Shown here piece after piece: positions 49,107-59,599 of a stretch of DNA of 64,000 bases. Position numbers and translations under genes: made by a program. The notes under the pieces were generated by a model that saw nothing but the letters and a program-made list of their open reading frames with translations, did no database searches and was not told the DNA's origin. Each line of letters begins with the position of its first letter. Within the stretch, counting starts at the first letter, position 1. This stretch comes from Monocercomonoides exilis PA203 (taxonomy: Eukaryota > Protista > Preaxostyla). The stretch is from assembly GCA_001643675.2 (NCBI GenBank), contig LSRY02000009.1, positions 1,550,001 through 1,614,000 on the forward strand. Direction: 5' to 3'.

Positions 49107-52100
49107 CAATTTGAATGAAATGAATCGTCCAGATGGCTTTTTTTCTCATCAGAATAATGAATGAAAAATGAAATGAAGGCGCATTTGGTGAACGGTCGTT
49201 GAGAGGAAGAAATGTGAATGTAATAATTTTTGGACCACATGGCGGCTCTGCCAAATAGAATGACATAAAGGCATTTGAAGGTCGATGCTCTGTTTCAATT
49301 CGAAATGAGATCAAGAAACAAAGAAGAAGGTGAAGAAGCTTGTTGATTCATTGTAGATGCAGAAGAAGAAACTGAAGCGGATGAAGTGCCATCAGTTGAC
49401 AATGAAATCGAAGATGATGGTGATGAAGAAGATGAAGGAAGAGGAGTAAAACTTGAAGGTAGCTGGATTGAAGTGTGAATTGGATAAGCAGAAGGGTCAG
49501 ATGGATGGGGCTCTTGCATTGAAGTGAATGTTGATGGATGAAGTGGTGGGTGCAAAGAAGAAGAAGATGATGAAATCGTTGAAATGATAGAAGATGATGG
49601 AGGATAAGAGGAAGAAGAAGAGGAAACATAAGAAACATCAGGAGTGCCTTGAAAAGCCATTTGAGACATTGGCAATTGAGCAAAAAATCATCTTTCTGTG
49701 GGGCCAATCCAAACTGCTCTGCTAGCTTCTTCATGCTTGTTGCTGACAGCATTTGCTGGATGGCCTTTTCTTGATCTGCTTTTGAGAATTGCATTGGATA
49801 ATTGTTTTTTATCACCACATTATGCATCGATTTGACCATAGCTTCTTGCTCTGGTGTCATCCGTTCAAAATCTAATGGATCTGTTTGTTTTTTCTTTCTA
49901 GGCTTTTTTGGAGTTACCCGATTTTTTTTCGTTTTTCTTTTACGTGCTGCTTTCTTTTTTTGATTCGCCAAAGCTATTTGCTTTGCATCAATACCGTTTT
50001 TTTACGACGAGTTTTTTGCATCGTCGATCAAATTAGACTCATTTTTTTAAGTTTTGAAACTGAGCAGCCGCATTTTGTGACTGCAGAGGATTGAAAAAAA
50101 GAGCATGGGGCGTTTTAGTGAAGTTATTGACATTCACAGTGACCAATGCAGAGGAAGGCATCTGGGGGGACTAGGAGCTTAAAATAGGAGGAGGCTGAGA
50201 AGATAAAGAAGAGAGAGAAGAGAGAGAAGAAGGGGTTGAAGGAACTGAAGAAGGAGTTGTAATAGAAGTGGAAAAAGAAGAAGAAGAAGAAGAAGAAGAA
50301 GAAGAAGATGTTGATATTGGAGTTGATATTGAAGAAGGAGCAGTAAATGACGATGATTGCCGTGAAGGAGAAGCAGATGCTAAAGAAGGAGTTGCAGAAG
50401 GAGCAGGCAAAGAAGAAGCAGAAGTGGAAGAAGATGATGTATTTGTTATAACAACAACAGGAGGGGGAGGGGGAGGAGAAAAAGAAGGAGCTGTAGAAGC
50501 AGGAGTAGCAGGAGTAGCAGAAGGTGAAGAAAGAGAAGGAGAAGCAGGAGCAGGAGCAGAAGCAGGAACAGGAGAAGGAGAAGGAGAAGGAGAAGAAGGA
50601 GGAGAAGGAGAAGAAGGAGAAGCCGAGTTTATGAAAGGGAACGGATGAGACTGAAGGGCAGTTGTCTTTGACGATGAATGGTAGTATGTGGGTGCGCCGT
50701 TCGCCTTCTGAGCAAAGAAGACGATTGAGCCATTGGAGGAAGAAGAGGCAGAGGCAGAGACAGTAACAGAAGAAGGAGAGAAGGATGCGATGGGAGACTG
50801 AGAAGTTGTTGATGATGATGATGATGAAGAGGAAGAAGAGGAGGAAGGAACTGAAGAAGAAGAAGAAGAAGAAGAAGAAGAAGATGATGATGATGATGAA
50901 GGCAAAGAAGTTGCAGAAGAAGAAGGAGCAGCAGAAACAACAGCCCCACCAACCTGTGAACTCAACCCAGAAATCACAGCCAATCCACCCACTGAGTTAG
51001 CATGTGTTGCAGCAGACGCTGCTGAAGCTGCAGAGGCAGCCGAAGCAGCTTTCACAGAAACGGCACCAGAAGAAGCGATCGAAGGCTGAAGAGCCTTTTT
51101 ATTGAGGAGCATGGCAGTGGGGCTGGGGTTGTTGAAGGGGCCTGCATCGAAGTTCTGGTAGCGGTGGGGGTAAGGAGTGGAGGAGATGGGTGGGGTGATG
51201 AAGGTGAATGAAGAAGAAGAAGAAGAAGAAGAGGAGGAGGAAGGAGGAGGAACAGCAGAGGAAGTTGAAGTGACAGGAACAGACAGTGGAGCATTCACAG
51301 GGACAGCAGACATCTGAGGCTGCAAGGCAGAGGAGGAGGAGGAAGAAGAGGAAGAGGAAGAAGAGGAAGAAGCAGCAGAAGCAGCAAAAGCTGGAGAAAA
51401 GCCACATGAAAAAGCAAAAACAGCCTTTTGATTGACAGATGACAGAGGAAAGGGGTAGCCAACGACAGATTGAGCAATGATTTTGTTCTGTTTAGTCAGA
51501 GCAGGCGAGTGAGAGATGGACTGAGCAAGAAGAGCAGCAGGAGAAGAGGCAGACAGAGGAAGAGAGTGTGATTGAGAAGCAGATGCAGAGGAGAGAGGGA
51601 AGGAGGTGATGGAGGAAGTATTGGGATTGACAGAAGAAGAAGAGGAAGAAGAAGAAGAAAGAGAAGAAGAAGAGGAGGAAACAGAAGAAGATACCCATTT
51701 CATTTCACTTCTGTCTAACTCGTCAATGGAGTTGGGGTTTGGCACAGGGCCACTGTTTTTGCAGGAGCGTCTGGGGACAATAGGAAACTTGGCAGAAGAA
51801 GAAGAAGAAGAAGAAGAGGGGGAAGAAGAAGAAGAAGAAGATGATGATGATGACGATGATAATGAAATTGTTTCATTTGAATGAGGAATAAGAGAAGCAT
51901 CAGGAACTTGTGGAAACGAAACAGAAGAAGCAGAAGCAGAAGAAGAAGAAGAAGAAGAAGAAAAAGAAGAAGGAGAAGAGCCAATTCCAGCAATTGCAGG
52001 CGAAGGAGTCGGAGAATTCGAAGGCGGAGAAGACGTCTGATATATTGGAAGCACAACAGGAGGTTGTGTGTGGCAGGTGCGCCGACGATGGCGAGGCTTA

Positions 52101-54400
52101 GAGGAGAAGCTGAATGTGCTGTCAGCATCTTCTTCTTCCTCTTCTTCTTCGCCTTTGTTTTCTTCTTCCTCTTCCTCTTCCTCTTCATCTTCTTCGTTTT
52201 CTTCATCATCGTCTTCATCTTCTTCTTCATCTCCATATCCTTCTTCTACTCTTCTGCCATCAATTTCACTTGTGCTTTTTCTTTTCCTTCCCCTTTTCCC
52301 TTTTCTCCCTTTTCTTCTTTTTCTTTCTTCTTCCTCTTCTTCATTATCATAAACCTCTTCCTCGTCTTCTTCGATTTCTTCTCCTCCATTTTCATCTGGA
52401 ACAATAAATGGATGAGAAAAGGAAGAGGAAGAGGAAGAAGAGGAAGAAAAGGAAGAAGAGGATGATAAAGAAGAAGAAGAAGAAATTATTTGTGAAGAAT
52501 TATCAGCTTACTTCTGTTTAGAGTCACTTGATGATTCCGACTCTTGTTTTGCTTTCTCATTCTTTGCTGTTCTTTCCTTTTGTCCAGCCTTCTTCTTCTT
52601 CTTCTTCTTCTTCTTCTCTCTTCTTCATTTTCTCTTCTTTCTCCTTCCTCGCATTCTCTCCTCTTTCCACATACCTTTCATACTCTTCAGCAGCGCCTGG
52701 CGTTATGTCTTCATACACTTTTGCTGCAAGGGCATTCAGCCGCTGATAAGTGCTTGTGCAACCCAAATGAGGATGAAGAGAAAGAGAACGAGAAGAGGAG
52801 GAAGAGGAACAACAACAAGAAGAAGGAGGAGGAGATGATGATGTTGTTGATGATGAAGCACTTGAGGAATGAGAGTGTTTCTGCTGTGCCACCATTTGTT
52901 GACTAACAATTGCTGTCTCAGTTGTTTCTTTGGCCGCATCTGGCGAGCAGATGAATGCTTTCTCAGTGAGGATGACATTGGCATCACACACCTCCGTCAG
53001 CAGCCGAAAGACCGACGATAGCAGCGCCTCGTCTCTCGGCGCATGGAACAGGAGCATCTTTGCGGTGTTGGATGCTCTCAGCAGAAGAGAGGCAGACTTC
53101 TCCTTCACCGTCACTGCACGCACCAAGGCAGACAGTGCTTGAGCAGCCGATGCGAGGACAACAGGAGACGAGTTGTGCATCACAGATAAGAGGAGCGCTT
53201 CGTGCACTCCCCGCACAACAAGTCCCAGACGCTCAGAAGGCGTTGTGAAGGAGGACACTTTGTATCTCATCGACGACAGCTGTGCTGCTGCAATAGAAGA
53301 TGCCATTTCTTTCTCTCCTTTTTTGTTTCGCTGCAGTCTGCTGTCTTGTTGAGAAGAAGGAAGATGCGAAAGAGAAGAAGGAGAAGAAGAAGAGGAGGAA
53401 GGAGAGGAAGGAGAGGAAGGAGAGGAAGGAGTGGGAAGATGGAAATGACATCAGCGAAAAGTGTGTCAACTGCTGGTAACACCACAAACACCACAATACA
53501 AAGCATGTCGGCTGCCGCTGTGTGCAGTGTGCATTAATCGACATCACTCCAAAAGACAGGCAATGCTGCATTTCCTTCTCGTCCTGATCCATTGCGCTAT
53601 CTGGATGCACTTTCTGAGCCTGCGAAAGCTGTCAACACATCCACACATTCCCTTTCACATTTTCAGTCTTCTTCTATCTCTCCTGTATAGCTTTCATCAC
53701 CGGTGTCTCTAATGTCTCCAGTGTCGCCTGTGTCGTTGCGCTCTCCTCCGTTTTCTCCTTCGTCTTTATCACAGGCATCATCAATTCCATCCACTGCTGT
53801 TCTGAGCGCATCTCATTATTTCTATTCCTCTATTTTTTCCCTCATTCGTCTCCTATGTAATCTTCATCTTCTTCGTTTTCTTTTGCTGTCACTGCTTTTT
53901 CTCCATATCTTCTTCTTCGGGCTTCCCTTTTAAATCATCATCTTCTTCATGGTCTTTCTCTTCCTCATCTTCTTCTCCCTCAACTCTTGCCTTCTAGCAC
54001 CTGTCCATCTTCCTCGACAGATTCTCAGCCGCAGTGCAGCTGAAAATCTTTAATCTCTCTTTCGTGCTCTACTCAGATTATCAGTCCCAATTTCTGTTGT
54101 TGTATCGACCAATACTCGTTTCAATGCCCATCTCATCCTTCTCACCAGTGAAGCTGCCTCCTTGTTTTGTGCTGTTGTGACGAATTACTCAGCAGACTCG
54201 CTCTCTTCTCACATCTATGCTAATGAAACTGAGAATAGCAATAGAAATTGTGAAGATAATAGAAGTCCTTATGCAAGTGATAATAAAGGTGGATCAAGTG
54301 ATTCTGCAAATAGCGGAAAAAGCAACAACAACAGCATTGAAAGCAGTGGGAGAGGAATAGGAGTGGGAATGGGGAATGAACAAGACATCTTCTGTTAACA
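47955..54400 (-). pseudogene. Long Ser-rich low-complexity gene(s) broken into fragments, including a HEAT-like segment
   Basis: Consecutive minus-strand fragments (52557-53306, 50171-52054, 49348-49971, 49295-49675) in shifting frames. The segment SFTTPSERLG...HEALLLSV...QALSALVRAV resembles HEATR6-type HEAT repeats (tentative). Confidence 0.45.
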
Positions 54401-54789
54401 ATCTTCTGGTGATTCTTTGCAGGCTAGTGCAATTTTGTCTGAAGAACAGCAAGATTCTTGTAAGAATTTAACAATCGAGAAAATATACAAACTTGAGAAA
54501 TAATAATCTTTAATCGACACTCATTTTTGATAAATAAAACGCATTATTAAATTTTTGTTTTTAATCTTTTGATTGACATTTCAGAAAAACATCATTCATG
54601 AACATGCAAATCTTTTTATCTCGAACATTAAAAAAAGAGGACAAATGAATTATTCAAAGATGAATGAAGTGAAAAGACAAAAAAAAAAAATAATCAATAA
54701 ACTATTTTTTTATTCTAACACGAACAAACAATTCTTCTATTATTAACAAAAAATTTTCCCCAAATTCCCCCTTGTTAATGTAACAGCGC

Positions 54790-55505
54790 AATCCGATGAT
54801 GCAATCCTCGTATCCTTCTTCTTCCAACTTATCAAGTTCTTTTCTTTTCATCATTTTTATTTTTTCTTTTTCGATTTCATCATTCTTCTTTCATTTCGAT
54901 CGATATGAAATTGTTATTAAGAATCTCAAGCTTTCAAATATCATTTCGTCATTTAATGCCCGCAACAGAATCTTCTCTGAAACAGCATCAACAGCTCCGC
55001 ACTTCAACAAGTCTTCAACTTCCACATCCTTGTTTTCTGTAGCTTTTCTCAAGGAATAACTACACCAGTGACAAATTACTTTGTAATTATCCCTTGATGC
55101 TCGATACACATGAACAATTCTGCTGAAAAGACCAACGTATTCTTCATTCCTCGACCGACAACAGCTAAAATAAATCTTCAATGTTACGATCCATCTCAAT
55201 ATAATAAGCTCTTTTTTCTCTTCTTTTCCTATTTTTTCCTATTCCTTCTTTCTCTCTCTTCAAATCCACATTTCTTGCCAACTCTTCAAATTCTCTTTTA
55301 ACTTCTCTCACAAAATGCATTTCATTCACAATAACACACTCCAGCTCTCTTTCTTCGTGTAACCTCTTGATCAAAAGCTCCCAAGCAGACTGATAGGCAA
55401 GTCGTGTCAGATTCTGAAGCACCTGATGATATTGAATTATCTCTTTGATTTCATTCAGATACGGTTTTGGTTCCATGAGAACAAATGAATAAGGATGACG
55501 CACCT
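54790..55505 (-). pseudogene. 5'-truncated, frameshifted copy of the HQxxxNLTRLAYQSAW family
   Basis: YLNEIKEIIQYHQVLQNLTRLAYQSAWELLI and VEDLLKCGAVDAV occur in different frames; similarity stops near 55.5 kb. Confidence 0.75.
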
Positions 55506-56638
55506 TAAATTATATTCGCGAAGAACTTTGATTGATGATCTGCGACAGCCTGAGAATGTTTGAGATGCTTGTGTACACTGTTAAGTTGCACGCATGCAAG
55601 TTAAAGCACTGCTGAAGAGTAAGGTTTTTTCTTATTAACATTGGAACAAGCAGATACTTTCATTGATTTTCTGCAAAAAAAAAAGATGATATTGTAAACT
55701 GCACGAAACTTCAATTTGGTAAAATATTACAAAACTTACGACGCTACATCGGCTGCGATATTTTGAATGAAAATATAATCTTGCGATATACAAAAAAAGT
55801 GAGTTCATGTGCAATAAAGAAATGGCCCAAAAGAAAAAGCAGGAGGAGAAGAAGGTTAAAAAGTGAAATCAATGTTTGAAAAAACTTATAAAGGTATTAA
55901 AACCATTATCCAAATAATCAGATGCAGACTGGAAAAAATGATTATTCTCTTCGTCCTCGTTCCACAAAAAGCCGTCATTCTTCAAAAATCTACGACTTAT
56001 TGATATATCTTGCGGAGGATGACCCCAAAGGGTGTTTTTTAAATTTCCTATACCACTCCAAAAAAGGAAAACCGTTTAGCGATGAGATTTTTGCTCTCTT
56101 TAATAGTTTGTTTTTAATTTTATTTTCACTTATTTCATTGTGATCCATTGGTTTATTTTATCTTTCAATTTTTTATGATTTCTTCGCATATAAAGAAAAA
56201 ACTACGAACATATTAAACAAATTATTGCAGCTGTACAATTCGTCAAAAACCAATGCCAAAGTCTGCATTTTGAACTCGGTTTCTTCTGATTTTTCCTTCC
56301 AGGAGCTGCAAAACTCCGGATGGAATATTACGAAAGCAGAGTATTATTACTCAAGAAGAAAACATTGTGATCCAAACGAAGAAAAACAGTTTGAAATGTC
56401 AGAAAAAAGCTTACAAAAAGGTTTGATTTTCTAATGTGAAATTTGTAATATATTCGATTTTATTGTTCTTTCTTTCTTTCTTTAAAAAAGAAAATGATTT
56501 CACATTGGCAGAAAGTTGGCTTTTAGCCCATAGTTCTTGCAGTTGTCAAAACGATAGAATTTCAAAAAAAAGTGTGATCCTTTCTTCTTCAATAATATTT
56601 CTTATTAATAAAAATTTATTCTGTATTTTATATCGCAG

Positions 56639-56776
56639 AAAAAAATAAAGAAGATAAAAACAATGAAGAAAAAAATAAAGAAGATAAAAACAATGAAGAA
56701 AAAAATAAAGAAGATAAAAACAATGAAGAAAAAAATAAAGAAGATAAAAACAATGAAGAAAAAAATAAAGAAGATA
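56639..56776 (+). repeat. 30-bp minisatellite, about 4.5 copies
   Basis: AAAAATAAAGAAGATAAAAACAATGAAGAA repeated exactly; reads KNKEDKNNEE in the transposase frame. Confidence 0.9.
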
Positions 56777-57829
56777 TTAATAATAAAGAAAAAAACAAAG
56801 GATATCAAAAATTTAACAAAGAAAAAATATTCTCCTTCTCAGAAAAAAGAATTATTGAGAAAACAAAAAAAGAATTATATTCTGAAATGAAAAAAGAAGT
56901 TGAAATAAAAATATCTTGTTCTTCTTTCTGCAAAAAGACAATAAACTTCAAATAAGCAAAAAAACGTACTGATCTTTGTGAGTTGTGTGTGAGAGGAGAT
57001 TTTTTAACAAACAAAGAAAAAGAATTGAGAAAAAACAAGAAAGAGTTGAAAGAGGAAGAAAAAGAAGAAATAAGATTGATAAATGAGCATAAGAAAATGG
57101 CACAAAGCCAGAGAGACTTTTTTAATTTTAAAAGAAATAATTTGAAAATGAATGAATGTGTTATATTAATGGATTTTAAAGAAAATTGGTCTCTCCCAAT
57201 TTCTTTTAATGAAACTGGAAGAAGTTTTTTTAAAAAGAAACAGATTTCTCATTTATGTTTTGTTGTGTATTGTCTTGATAATTATGGAAAAATGAAAAAA
57301 TGTTGTTTTAATTTTTTTTCTGAGATTTTATCTCATGATTACCGTTTTGTTTTGGAATGTTTGAATAAATTGTTACGTTTTGATATTTTTATGAAGGTTA
57401 ATAATTTTTGTTTTTTTTGTGATAACGGTCCACATTTCCGTAATTCGCATATTTTGTATTCATTGTTTTCTCCAAATTCAATTTTGTTTAAAAACAAACA
57501 TTGTTCATTGTCGTTTTTTGCCGAACATCACGGTAAAAACGACTGTGACAGTGAGTTTGGATTGTTAACAAACATTTTGAATCATTATTTAAGAAACAAA
57601 GAAATTAACACTATTTATGATTTAATAGATTTTTATTGTTGTTATTTTCATACTTATTTATTTAATATCGATTCCGACAATTCAACTATTTTTTTGTCTG
57701 AAAGAAATATTTCTTCTTTTGAATCAGCTTCTTCTTCGTCAGCATCGGCTTCTTCTTTGCAATTAACAAAACCAATTGAAACAAAATGCAATACGGAGCA
57801 TTTCTTTTTAAAGTATTTGACTCAATTTT

Positions 57830-57878
57830 ATTATTTATTTTTTTATTTTATTATTTATTTATTTATTTTTTTATTTTT

Positions 57879-57965
<87 letters not shown>

Positions 57966-57967
57966 TT
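57830..57967. repeat. (TTTA)n microsatellite, probably intronic
   Basis: Tetramer array between GT (about 57812) and TTTTCAG (about 57978). Confidence 0.9.
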
Positions 57968-58586
57968 AAAATTTTCAGACACACAGAAATGGAAAATACT
58001 ATTTGGGGAGAGCTAACTCTCAATGGAATGAAAAATTATTTGCATTTCTCAAATAATGATGGAAAACTTTGTTCGGCTGCTCTTAGCACATTTGATGAAA
58101 AAGAGATGGATGAAATGATGTGCAAAGAAAAAATGGTGGAAGATAAAAGAATTAGAAAGATATTTAAAAGAAAAGAAAATGATTTGAATGAAATTTATAG
58201 AGTGAAAAAAGGAAAATTCGGAAAAAATGTGAAAAAAGTGATAGAAAACCGATTAAAATTAATTGAAAAGAAAAACTATGAAAAGTTAAATAATTTTAAT
58301 GATAATTTTTATTCTAATTCTATGTTTATTAACAGACTCGACTGCGTGAAGAACAGCTCAGGTATGTCTCAGGTATGTTCTTTTTCAGAATCATCAATTA
58401 ATTCAAATTCTATTTCATATAATAATAATTCAAGTTTTAATTCTTTTGATTCTTTATTATTTAGTCAACCACTTGAAGACTGTTTCGCTGATTCTGTTTC
58501 CGATAAAAGGTATGAAGGTATGTGTTGTTCTGATTCAATTGAAATGGATGTGAGTGATGATGATGTGATTATTACTGATTATTAAT

Positions 58587-58621
<35 letters not shown>

Positions 58622-59599
58622 GATTGTCAAATTTTTCAAATAAACTCCAAATGAATAAAACTTATTTGCAAAAATATTTCATATTCGAAAAAAAAAATTG
58701 TAACTCACTTTTGCTTTCTCAATGATTCCTTAATTTTTTTCAAAAAATAAAGGTTGAGAGCTAGACTAATTCTATCCTGTTATTTTCAATTTTTTTAAAA
58801 AAGAAAATAACTTGCAGAGTTTGGGCTCAGAATTAGTTTCCCAGGAAAGTGAGTTATAATTTTTTTCTGATAAAAAACTTAAAAAATGAAAATAATTGGA
58901 TTCGAAACAGATATTAATATTGTTTGATATTGAATAAATAAACATTCTGAAATAAACAATAAAGAATATTGAAAATATAATTTTTAAATAATGGGTGGAA
59001 CATAAGTCTTAAAGGAAAAAATTTTTCCCCATATGAAAAATAATGACCCATATATTTGAAAATTAAACATTTGTGACTTTTCAAAAAGAATCACCCAAAT
59101 ATGAAAATAGAAAAATCAAAACTTAAAAAAGAAAATTACAAATTTCATGACTTGCAAAACTAAACTATTAAAGAAAAAATTTATTTATTGAACAATGTTG
59201 ATGGATATTAGTGTTCAAAATTTTATTCTTCCAAATTATATGCAACGCATTTTAAATTTATTGATCATAAACTTCATCACAAAGTTCCTGTTCCAGCCGT
59301 TCACTTCAACGGTATAATAAAACAATGAACTTGATGGAGGGGAAACAACAACAGACGATCACAACAGAGTCAATCTCTACTTTTCTTTCCTAATTATTCT
59401 AATGAAATGTTTTTCAAACTTTCTTCTCCATTTGTTGCCCATCTTTTTTCCGTTTCTACTCCACTTCATCTCAATCTCTGATTTAAAAATGTTGTCAATT
59501 TTGACTTCTTTTATCTCCAATGTTTTCCTTGTGAATCTTTCATTACACTGTTTTTTGCTTCTTGTATGAAAAAAAGAACTTGTGAAGCTTATTTTGAGA

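Larger units (their letters stand above)
55922..58585 (+). mobile_element. Intron-containing Sola-like DDD transposase gene with one in-frame stop
   Basis: RTDLCELC...HKKMA Cys/His motif, then MDFKENW, FCDNGPHFRN and FFAEHHGKNDCDSEFG (RNase-H-fold D-D-D triad as recalled for Sola-type transposases). TAA at 56953-56955. Probable GT-AG introns, one filled with (TTTA)n. Confidence 0.65.
34150..59096. mobile_element. Outer TIR pair of a ~25 kb composite, Sola-like DNA element (AAAT target duplication)
   Basis: 34150-34196 is the exact reverse complement of 59050-59096. After removing the nested inserts the match continues (43073-43091 vs 59031-59049). Both ends are flanked by direct AAAT (34146-34149, 59097-59100). 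Confidence 0.6.

Noticed and set aside
56639-56776. 30-bp repeats as a CRISPR array
   Set aside because: Head-to-tail with no spacers, in a eukaryotic context.
56953-56955. TAA read as Gln (alternative code known in some oxymonads)
   Set aside because: RPS4, RPL13 and GT25 end in TAA, and the long ORFs contain no in-frame TAA/TAG.
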